Below are positions 1 through 7,654 of a stretch of 64,000 bases of DNA, piece by piece. The stretch lies in NCBI GenBank assembly GCA_001786765.1, contig MFTH01000013.1, positions 19,974 through 83,973 of the forward strand, read 5' to 3'. A model generated the notes under the pieces. The model saw only the letters and a list, made by a program, of their open reading frames with translations, was not told the origin of the DNA and did not search any database. The position numbers were made by a program, and so were the translations under genes. The DNA comes from Candidatus Nomurabacteria bacterium RIFCSPHIGHO2_01_FULL_37_25 (GTDB lineage Bacteria > Patescibacteriota > Minisyncoccia > Phycocordibacterales > UBA9973). The number at the start of each line of letters is the position of its first letter. Positions within the stretch are counted from its first letter, which is position 1.

Positions 1-294
1 ATTTTATTATTTAAAGATATGGAAAACAATAATAGGGAAAAGGAGGGTTCTTTTGAAGAAAATATTCTAGATGAGGACACACTTCCTGATGAAGCTCTAG
101 AGAAGTTGCAAGACAGAGAATTCTTAAATGCTGCGCTGAAAAAACTATCTCCGAATGAAAATGAAATCTTAGTACTATACTATCAGGAAGAAATGACATT
201 TAACCAAATAAGTAAGATTTTAAATAAAAGTTTAAATACGGTAAAAAGCCAGCGCCACAGGGCGCTTATTAAATTAAGAAAAATACTAAATTAG
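1..294 (+). CDS. ECF-type RNA polymerase sigma factor, C-terminal part (probably starts upstream of window)
   Basis: Region 4 HTH pattern ALKKLSPNENEILVLYYQEEMTFNQISKILNKSLNTVKSQRHRALIKLRK. Confidence 0.85.
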   Translation: MLLFKDMENNNREKEGSFEENILDEDTLPDEALEKLQDREFLNAALKKLSPNENEILVLYYQEEMTFNQISKILNKSLNTVKSQRHRALIKLRKILN

Positions 295-297
295 TTT

Positions 298-324
298 TGC
301 ACCAAAATTAACAAAACTATCGTA
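298..324 (+). promoter_or_regulatory. Candidate ECF promoter 1 (TGCACC-N17-CGTA)
   Basis: Motif repeated at 385-411 with identical spacing; CGTA -10 resembles SigW-type ECF promoters. Confidence 0.5.
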
Positions 325-375
325 TATATCTGTGAGCTGAATTTTTTGTTATTCGACCTTAATTCCAGCTCTTAA

Positions 376-411
376 ATAAGAAGATGCGCCAAAATGCATC
401 TTCTTATCGTA
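376..411 (+). promoter_or_regulatory. Candidate ECF promoter 2 (TGCGCC-N17-CGTA) overlapping a 12-bp inverted repeat
   Basis: ATAAGAAGATGC (376-387) / GCATCTTCTTAT (396-407); ends 12 nt before ATG 424. Confidence 0.5.
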
Positions 412-423
412 TATAATACGAGC

Positions 424-837
424 ATGAAAGATATCAAGGAAAATCTCAAGAATGCTTTTTTAAAAGGGAGCTTGCTTCCAGAAGCTAATTTGGCTGACGA
501 CATATGGAAGGCAGTAATCAAGCGCAATCAGCGAATTGTTTATTCCAAACTAATAACTTTATCTCTGACAGGATTTGTGTCTCTCTATAGCTTGGCGCCC
601 GCTTTCAGAATGTTAGCTTTGGATTTTTCTCAATCTGGGTTTTATGAATATTTATCTCTCACATTTTCAAGTGGTGGATCGATAGTTGCTTATTGGAAAG
701 ATTTCCTTTTATTGCTAGCTGAATCATTGCCTGTCATGAGTATTCTTTTATTCTTAATGTTAGTTTTTGTTTTCTTCTTATCACTCAAATACGCAATAAA
801 GCAAATTGTTAAAGGTCAATTGTCATTATCATTATAA
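424..837 (+). CDS. Membrane protein, possible anti-sigma factor
   Basis: Directly after ECF sigma; two hydrophobic segments; start moved to ATG 424. Confidence 0.5.
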   Translation: MKDIKENLKNAFLKGSLLPEANLADDIWKAVIKRNQRIVYSKLITLSLTGFVSLYSLAPAFRMLALDFSQSGFYEYLSLTFSSGGSIVAYWKDFLLLLAESLPVMSILLFLMLVFVFFLSLKYAIKQIVKGQLSLSL

Positions 838-848
838 AAAATAAAAAT

Positions 849-1346
849 ATGAAAAAAATATACGAGAATATAAAAAAGGTTTTTGAAGGAAAAATTTCAT
901 TTAGAATTTTGTGCGGACTTGGGATTATCATCGTTGCCTTGTTGATTTTTTCTGCCGGAATTAGAATTGGTTTTCAAAAAGCGTCTTTTGGACGCGCTTG
1001 GGGAGAACATTATAATGAAAATTTTGGCATGGGAAAGCGCAAAACAAATGAACGTATGGGTGATATGAGAAGAATCGGAGTGATGGACTATTTTCCGAAT
1101 GCTCATGGAGCGACGGGTAAAATCATAAAAATTGAATTGCCAAATGTAATAGTACAAGATAAAGATAACATAGAAAAAATACTAATAATAAACACTGACA
1201 CAAAAATACAAAAAGGAAGAGAAGTAATGTTAACAGCCGATTTAAAAATGGATGATTTCGTTGTTGTGATAGGAACACCTAATGATAAGGGTGTCATAGA
1301 AGCCAAATTTATTCGTGTAATACCATATCCAGAATTCTTAAAATAA
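849..1346 (+). CDS. Membrane-anchored hypothetical protein (DUF5666/OB-fold-like C-terminus)
   Basis: One TM helix; GKIIKI...DLKMDDFVVVIGTPN...IEAKFIRV pattern. Confidence 0.55.
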   Translation: MKKIYENIKKVFEGKISFRILCGLGIIIVALLIFSAGIRIGFQKASFGRAWGEHYNENFGMGKRKTNERMGDMRRIGVMDYFPNAHGATGKIIKIELPNVIVQDKDNIEKILIINTDTKIQKGREVMLTADLKMDDFVVVIGTPNDKGVIEAKFIRVIPYPEFLK

Positions 1347-1354
1347 TAAAACTG

Positions 1355-3055
1355 ATGAAAAAAATTACAAAAAAAATAAAGTCATATTTTCTCGCCCATA
1401 AAATAATCAGCGTTGTTGTTTTATTTGCTGTTTTGGGTGGCGGATATTGGGGATATAATAAATTTACAAGCGCCGCTCTCGACACTCGTTACATAACAGC
1501 CAAGGTGGAAAGGGGTACGATTATAGCTTCCATATCAGGTAGTGGTCAGGTTTCTAGTTTAAATCAAATAGATATTAAATCTGCGGTTTCTGGGAATGTT
1601 GTTTACATAACAGCGCAAAATGGTCAGAAAATAAGCGCTGGAGGGTTAATCGCGAAGCTTGATGACAGTGATGTTCAAAAATCCATACGTGATGCGGAAA
1701 TAAATTTAGAATCTTCCCAAATTTCTCTAGAGAAATTTAAAATTCAAAACTCAAAAGAAAACATCGACGCAGATTTAGCAAAAAGTTATGATGATGGTTT
1801 TAATGCTGTTTCAAATGTATTTCTGGACTTGCCGGGAATTATGACAGGTCTTAACGATATGTTTTTTAAAGATAATATAACAATAAGCCAATGGAATGTG
1901 GACTGGTATGAGGGACAAGTTACAAGCGAAGATCGTGAAAAAACAACATACCTAAAAAAAAGTTTTATAGATTCTTATCATAAAGCGAAAAATGCGTATG
2001 ATAAAAACTTTGATGATTATAAAATCATTTCCCGAAACTCAAATAGCGCAACCATTGAAAACTTAATAACACAGTCTTATGAGACGACTAAACTCATCTC
2101 TGATGTCACAAAAAACGCAAACAATTATATTGATTTTGTTAACAGTTCAATACAAAAAAATAATTCTGATACTCCAGCCATAATAAATACACACAAAACA
2201 AGCTTGAGTAACTATACTTCTAAAACCAATTCTCACTTGGTTAGCCTTCTGTCTATTAAAACAAACATCAAAGACAATAAAGATGCTTTTCCTAATGCTG
2301 ACCTCGACCTACGTTCTGCTGAACTATCTTTGAAACAAAAAGAAATTGCATTGCAGGATATAAAAGACAAATTAGCAGATTACTTTATTCGCGCGCCATT
2401 TGAAGGCACCATAGCAAAAGTTGATATTAAAAAATCAGATATAGTGAACTCTGGCGCAGTAGTAGCCACCCTTATCACAAAAAAGCAATTAGCTGAAATT
2501 TCACTTAATGAAGTTGATGTGGCAAAAGTAAAAATCGGGCAGAAAGCCACGCTTACTTTTGATGCTGTTCCAGACCTCGCTATTTCTGGAATTGTGGCAG
2601 ATATTGACGCTATCGGTACTGTCTCTCAAGGAGTTGTAACTTACATTGTAAAAATAAGTTTTGACACACAAGACGAAAAAATAAAACCGGGAATGAGCGT
2701 AAGTGGAAATATTATAACAGATACGAAACAAGACGTGCTTATTGCGCCAAATAGCGCTATAAAATCTCAAGCTGGAAAGAGTTATGTTGAAAACTTTGAT
2801 ATGCCATTAGCGCCATTTGCCACTGAAACAATAGGCTTCACTACTAAAATTACACCAAATAAAATTCCAGTGGAAATTGGTTTGTCAAATGACTCGCGAA
2901 GTGAAATTATTTCAGGTGTTAATGAGGGTGATGAAATAATCATAAGAACAATACTGCCTACAACTACCACAACAACAGCGCCGAGTATTTTTGGCGCGGG
3001 AGCGGGAGGAAACAGAGGAACTGGTGGCGGAGGGGTGAGAATACAAGCGCGTTAA
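1355..3055 (+). CDS. MacA/HlyD-family efflux adaptor subunit
   Basis: N-terminal TM, lipoyl-like halves (IKSAVSG; IRAPFEG), EVDVAKVKIGQKA, IKPGMS, VEIGLSND. Confidence 0.9.
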   Translation: MKKITKKIKSYFLAHKIISVVVLFAVLGGGYWGYNKFTSAALDTRYITAKVERGTIIASISGSGQVSSLNQIDIKSAVSGNVVYITAQNGQKISAGGLIAKLDDSDVQKSIRDAEINLESSQISLEKFKIQNSKENIDADLAKSYDDGFNAVSNVFLDLPGIMTGLNDMFFKDNITISQWNVDWYEGQVTSEDREKTTYLKKSFIDSYHKAKNAYDKNFDDYKIISRNSNSATIENLITQSYETTKLISDVTKNANNYIDFVNSSIQKNNSDTPAIINTHKTSLSNYTSKTNSHLVSLLSIKTNIKDNKDAFPNADLDLRSAELSLKQKEIALQDIKDKLADYFIRAPFEGTIAKVDIKKSDIVNSGAVVATLITKKQLAEISLNEVDVAKVKIGQKATLTFDAVPDLAISGIVADIDAIGTVSQGVVTYIVKISFDTQDEKIKPGMSVSGNIITDTKQDVLIAPNSAIKSQAGKSYVENFDMPLAPFATETIGFTTKITPNKIPVEIGLSNDSRSEIISGVNEGDEIIIRTILPTTTTTTAPSIFGAGAGGNRGTGGGGVRIQAR

Positions 3056-3067
3056 TTTTAATAACAG

Positions 3068-3769
3068 ATGATTGAAATAAAAAACATTACAAAAACGTAC
3101 AAAACGGGAGATGTTGAGTTTAACGCTTTAGACAATATTTCTTTTACCATCAATGATGGAGAATTTGTGGCTATTATGGGACCTTCGGGATCCGGCAAAT
3201 CAACCTTAATGCATATTTTAGGAGCGTTAGATAATCCAACTTCCGGAACATACTTGCTAGACGAAAAAGATGTGTCAACTTTATCAGATGACGCGCTCGC
3301 AGACATTCGTAAAGATAAAATCGGCTTCGTTTTCCAAGCTTTTAATTTATTGCCGAGAACAACTGTCTTGCGCAATGTGATGTTGCCTTTGGTCTATGCC
3401 GGTGTGCATGGCGCCGAGCGAATTGCGCGAGCTAGAACTGCTCTTTTGTCCGCGGGTCTTGATGAAAATCATTTTCAGCACATGTCTAATCAAATTTCAG
3501 GGGGTCAAATCCAGCGTGTAGCAATAGCTCGAGCTCTGGTAAACAATCCATCACTTATCTTGGCTGATGAACCGACAGGAAATTTGGATTCAAAAACGGG
3601 AGAAATTGTTATGGGAACTTTCCAAAAGTTAAATAAAGAATTAGGCCGCACCATAATTCTGATAACCCACGAACAAGAAATTGCAGAACATGCTGATAGG
3701 ATTCTTTTTATCAAAGATGGAATGCTTCTTGAAGACAGAACTATTAGAAAATCAACTCCCAGATTCTAG
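3068..3769 (+). CDS. MacB/LolD-like ABC transporter ATP-binding protein
   Basis: Walker A GPSGSGKST, ISGGQIQRVAIARAL, ILADEPTGNLD. Confidence 0.95.
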   Translation: MIEIKNITKTYKTGDVEFNALDNISFTINDGEFVAIMGPSGSGKSTLMHILGALDNPTSGTYLLDEKDVSTLSDDALADIRKDKIGFVFQAFNLLPRTTVLRNVMLPLVYAGVHGAERIARARTALLSAGLDENHFQHMSNQISGGQIQRVAIARALVNNPSLILADEPTGNLDSKTGEIVMGTFQKLNKELGRTIILITHEQEIAEHADRILFIKDGMLLEDRTIRKSTPRF

Positions 3770-3794
3770 AAAAAATTATTAGAAAATAAATTCA

Positions 3795-5012
3795 ATGAAA
3801 ATACAAGACATACTTAGTGAAACATATGGAGCTCTCTCTGCCAACAAAGCGCGTTCTGGTCTTACTATGCTAGGTATCGTTATAGGTATCGCTTCTGTTA
3901 TTGCCATGATTTCTATAGGCAACGGGGCTAAAGCGTCTATCCAATCAAGTATTGAAGGGCTCGGCTCAAATCTTTTGACTATTCTTCCGGGGATAGTCCA
4001 GCCCGGGAGAGGCATAGTTTCTTCTGGGCGTGGAGCGGCCCAAACATTGAAAAATGAAGACATTGACATTGTCAAAGCTATAGATGGAGTCGTAGCTGTT
4101 TCGCCAGAAGTCTCAAGCAGGTTTCAAATAATAGCATCAGGCAATAACACAAATACGACTATCACTGGAGTTATGCCGGATTACTTAATCGTGCGTAATA
4201 TAACTCTCTCAAATGGGAACTTCATCTCTGATGGAAATCAGAGAAACATCGGCAGGCAAGCAGTCTTAGGAGCGACCGTGGCGACTGACTTATTTCCTGA
4301 CCAAGATTCTGAAAATCTCTTGGGCAAAACCATCCGCATCAATAAAGTTAATTTTACTGTAATTGGAATATTGGTCGCAAAGGGCGGAACTGGATTTTCC
4401 AGTCCTGATAATATGGTTTTTGTTCCCCTCTCCACAATGCAAAAAATTCTCTCGGGAATGGATTATCTTTCTATGATGGCAGTATCTGTATCTGATAAAA
4501 ATAAAATGGCAGAAGTTAAAGATATGATAACTAATGCATTGCTGGAAAAACATAATGTAGCTGAAGCGGATTTTTCAATAATTTCACAAGAAGATATTTT
4601 AGGAACCCTAACTACCGTGATAGACACTTTTACTCTTTTCCTCGCGGCTATCGCTTCAATCTCACTTTTGGTTGGCGGAATAGGCATCATGAATATGATG
4701 CTGACAACTGTAACCGAACGCACTAAAGAAATCGGACTGCGAAAAGCAATCGGGGCAAAAAGAAAAGATATAAATCTGCAATTTCTTTCGGAAGCGGTAA
4801 TGCTAACATTTATCGGTGGATTTTTGGGAATTATTTTGGGATGGCTTATATCTTTTATAGTGACCTCGACCGGAATTCTCGCCACACAAGTCTCTCTCTC
4901 CTCTGTTCTCTTAGCCTTTGGTGTATCAGCAGGTATAGGTATTATATTTGGATACTACCCTGCCCGCCGAGCGGGTATGTTAAATCCAATTGACGCACTC
5001 CGCTATGAGTAA
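3795..5012 (+). CDS. MacB/FtsX-like ABC transporter permease
   Basis: RSGLTMLGIVIGIASVI, GGIGIMNMML..VTERTKEIGLRKAIGA, PIDALRYE. Confidence 0.95.
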   Translation: MKIQDILSETYGALSANKARSGLTMLGIVIGIASVIAMISIGNGAKASIQSSIEGLGSNLLTILPGIVQPGRGIVSSGRGAAQTLKNEDIDIVKAIDGVVAVSPEVSSRFQIIASGNNTNTTITGVMPDYLIVRNITLSNGNFISDGNQRNIGRQAVLGATVATDLFPDQDSENLLGKTIRINKVNFTVIGILVAKGGTGFSSPDNMVFVPLSTMQKILSGMDYLSMMAVSVSDKNKMAEVKDMITNALLEKHNVAEADFSIISQEDILGTLTTVIDTFTLFLAAIASISLLVGGIGIMNMMLTTVTERTKEIGLRKAIGAKRKDINLQFLSEAVMLTFIGGFLGIILGWLISFIVTSTGILATQVSLSSVLLAFGVSAGIGIIFGYYPARRAGMLNPIDALRYE

Positions 5013-5017
5013 ACAAT

Positions 5018-5041
5018 AATCCGCCTTGACCAGGTCAAGGC
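5018..5041. repeat. AATCC + 19-bp palindrome GCCTTGACC-A-GGTCAAGGC, copy 1
   Basis: Second copy at 18457-18480. Confidence 0.85.
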
Positions 5042-5119
5042 AAGATTAGCAAGCAAAATTAAAATTCTGTTGAATCAGCGGTGTGACTATTTTAGTATAA
5101 CTCTTTGACTTTTCCTACG

Positions 5120-5194
5120 TGGTGCTCTCGCCAAGAATCGAACTTGGATCGCCAGCTTCGCAGGCCAGCATTCTATCCGTTGAACTACGAGAGC
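5120..5194 (-). tRNA. tRNA-Arg(GCG), CCA encoded
   Basis: Cloverleaf GCTCTCG...CGAGAGC-A-CCA; anticodon loop CT-GCG-AA; T-loop TTCGATT. Confidence 0.93.
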
Positions 5195-5295
5195 AATATT
5201 TTACATTAGCAGTTTTTGGGTAAAAATCAAAATTGGATATTGAATGCAGGTAAGAAAAATTTGACATTTGAGGCATCAAGTGTTATAATGGGGGA

Positions 5296-6312
5296 GTGTT
5301 TAATAAGATAATTAAATTTTCAAAAATGATCCTGACGGGGGCTATTATATTTAGCATCTTCCCTACTTTTGTCTATGCGCAGTATTATTATCAAAATGGA
5401 TATCCATACTATTATAGTCAACCAATCATAAGAACAATTAATGCAACTAATATAACCAGCTCCAGCGCTACTTTGAATGGTTCAGTTACTGGATATAATA
5501 TCTCTAATACTTATAACTTTAGCATGTGGTTTGAATACGGAAGGAATGCCAATTTTGGATATTCTACATTCCGTAATTCTTTTAATTCTGGGTATCCTAA
5601 TTATAGTTCAAATATTGCATCGCTTGATGCAAATACCGTATATTATTTCCGCGCCGTGGCGCAAGGTCCGCAAGGAATTATTTATGGAAATACAACTTCG
5701 TTTATAACTAGTTTCCCAACTATAACAAACATAAACACGGAAAATAATAATCTTTCAAATCCTAGTGTTACCACAAACCCCGCAACCTCAATATCAAACA
5801 GAAGTGTAAAGCTAAACTCTTTTATAATAAATTCTATAAACAATCCGTTTACCACTTGGTTCGAATGGGGAACAACTCCAGCCTTGGGAAATATAAGCCC
5901 AATGACAGCCCTTGGAGCGCTACCTTCCGCAAAGCACATAAATACCATCACAGAACTCGCTCCAGGAACTACTTATTATTTCCGCGCAGTGGCGCAAAAT
6001 CCATTTTCAAGAATCAATGGCGCTACTTTTAGCTTTACAACAAGTAATGCTATAAGCCAAATTAATGCTGTGGAAAAAACAGAAGAAAACACTACTGAGA
6101 TAAATACTAGCAAAGAAAATAAAGTTAACACAAATATCTTAGAATCTGCGGAATCTGCGTTTGGGGCAAATTTGATTGGAGCTGGCTCTTTTCTTCCAGT
6201 TAATATTTTTGGCTGGCTTCTTTTAACTATTCTTATACTCGCGCTAGTACTTCTGGCCGAATATCTTTATCATGATTTATTCGGGAAAAAATCAAAACAA
6301 AAACACTCCTAA
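5296..6312 (+). CDS. Surface protein with two fibronectin type III-like repeats and C-terminal TM anchor
   Basis: Repeats WFEYG..LDANTVYYFRAVAQ / WFEWG..LAPGTTYYFRAVAQ; signal peptide; GTG start. Confidence 0.8.
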   Translation: MFNKIIKFSKMILTGAIIFSIFPTFVYAQYYYQNGYPYYYSQPIIRTINATNITSSSATLNGSVTGYNISNTYNFSMWFEYGRNANFGYSTFRNSFNSGYPNYSSNIASLDANTVYYFRAVAQGPQGIIYGNTTSFITSFPTITNINTENNNLSNPSVTTNPATSISNRSVKLNSFIINSINNPFTTWFEWGTTPALGNISPMTALGALPSAKHINTITELAPGTTYYFRAVAQNPFSRINGATFSFTTSNAISQINAVEKTEENTTEINTSKENKVNTNILESAESAFGANLIGAGSFLPVNIFGWLLLTILILALVLLAEYLYHDLFGKKSKQKHS

Positions 6313-6336
6313 AAATCTGTGTTATATTTATACCCA

Positions 6337-7008
6337 ATGCGAATAAATAAATATCTTGCTCTTAAAAAAATCTCTACCAGACGAGGGGCGGACGAGCTAA
6401 TAAAAGGAAAAAAGGTCTTTATTAATGGCAAGCTAGCGTTACTTGGCAGTAAAGTGAATGAAAAAGATAAAATAGAAGTAAAAGGAGCGAAGCAAAAAGA
6501 ATATAAATATTTTATTTACAATAAACCAATTGGAGTAGAAACAAGCTCGCCAAAAGATGATTTATTCCCGTTAGGCAGATTAGACAAAAATTCACACGGG
6601 CTTTTGATACTCACAAATGACGGACGCATCACCGACGCTCTTTTGAATCCTAAATATTTTCACGAAAAAGAATACGTCGTTAAAACTTCTAATAAACTGC
6701 GTTCTAGTTTTAAACAAAAAATGGAAACTGGAGTAAATATTGAGGGCTTGCCCGCCTTGCATACGCAAGCAGGATATATGACCAAGCCTTGCAAGGTTAA
6801 AATTATAAATGATTTTACTTTTAGAATAACTTTGACTGAAGGAAAGAAACATCAAATCAGACGCATGTGCTCCGCGCTTTTTCAAGAAGTCGCTGACCTA
6901 AAACGTGAAAGAATTATGAATATAAAATTGGGCGATCTAAAATTGAATGCCCTTCGAGAAATAAAAGGTGAAGAATTGACTGTTTTCCTAGATCAAGTGC
7001 TTCATTAA
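6337..7008 (+). CDS. RluB/RluF/RsuA-family pseudouridine synthase with S4 domain
   Basis: MRINKYLA..STRRGAD, GRLDKNSHGLLILTNDG, LTEGKKHQIRRM; extra LPALHTQAG insert. Confidence 0.93.
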   Translation: MRINKYLALKKISTRRGADELIKGKKVFINGKLALLGSKVNEKDKIEVKGAKQKEYKYFIYNKPIGVETSSPKDDLFPLGRLDKNSHGLLILTNDGRITDALLNPKYFHEKEYVVKTSNKLRSSFKQKMETGVNIEGLPALHTQAGYMTKPCKVKIINDFTFRITLTEGKKHQIRRMCSALFQEVADLKRERIMNIKLGDLKLNALREIKGEELTVFLDQVLH

Positions 7009-7176
7009 TCCTGTTATAGAAAAATAAAATTATGCTTGATAAAACGAATTCTTCTATGATATACTCCCCCACACACAAAGTAGGTCGCAGATCCTGAAGG
7101 CTTGGCCTGAACGGATAAAGAAAAGAGTCGATTTCGTAGAACACTTTTGTATTTAACAATTTAATTAAAAAAATCA

Positions 7177-7377
7177 ATGACTGGCACAATAAAAAGACTT
7201 GTAACTGATAAAGGTTTCGGCTTTATTGCTGGAGAAGAACTTCCAAAAGATCTATTTTTTCACCGCAATTCTCTTGTGGACGTAAATTTTGACGAACTCA
7301 GAGAAGGTGATGCTGTTTCTTTTGAAACAGAAGAATCACCAAAGGGATTGAACGCTACAAACGTGAAGCGCGCATAA
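7177..7377 (+). CDS. Cold-shock protein
   Basis: KGFGFI, DLFFH, KGLNATNV; ~115-nt 5' leader after TGn-TATACT promoter. Confidence 0.95.
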   Translation: MTGTIKRLVTDKGFGFIAGEELPKDLFFHRNSLVDVNFDELREGDAVSFETEESPKGLNATNVKRA

Positions 7378-7435
7378 TTTTAGAGGTAAAATCAGAATTA
7401 TCGCTTAAAAACATCAGAGCATTCTTTCAAATAAG

Positions 7436-7460
7436 AACCATCCTTAGGGGTGGTTTTTAT
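7436..7460 (+). terminator. Intrinsic terminator after csp gene
   Basis: AACCATCC-TTAG-GGGTGGTT followed by T-rich tail. Confidence 0.75.
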
Positions 7461-7496
7461 TTTATTTTCGTAATTTCAACGTTTAACAGGGGTGAC

Positions 7497-7536
7497 TTAT
7501 ACACATTTGCTTTAATCTTCTGTACCATGTTAAAAT
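7497..7536 (+). promoter_or_regulatory. DnaA box (TTATACACA) abutting a sigma70 promoter of nrdAB
   Basis: Box 7497-7505; TTGCTT 7507-7512, 18 nt, TGn-TAAAAT 7531-7536. Confidence 0.6.
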
Positions 7537-7577
7537 TGTGTTTGTCGCAAACAATTAAATTAACAAATGTTTATGAG

Positions 7578-7626
7578 TTAGGTGGGTGGAGCTTCGGTGT
7601 GAATCCAGCCCTGTCGCGCAAAGGTT
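7578..7626 (+). promoter_or_regulatory. Truncated cobalamin-riboswitch-like core in nrdA leader
   Basis: GGAGCT-TC-GGTGTGAATCC-AGC-CCTGTCGCGCAAAGGT resembles the cobalamin riboswitch core; 3' B12-box not visible. Confidence 0.55.
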
Positions 7627-7654
7627 TATTTTTATTATTTTTAAGATATATGCT

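Noticed and set aside
7586-7654. N-terminal extension of NrdA from the ORF track
   Set aside because: Overlaps the riboswitch-like leader; the ATP-cone begins after ATG 7655/7661.
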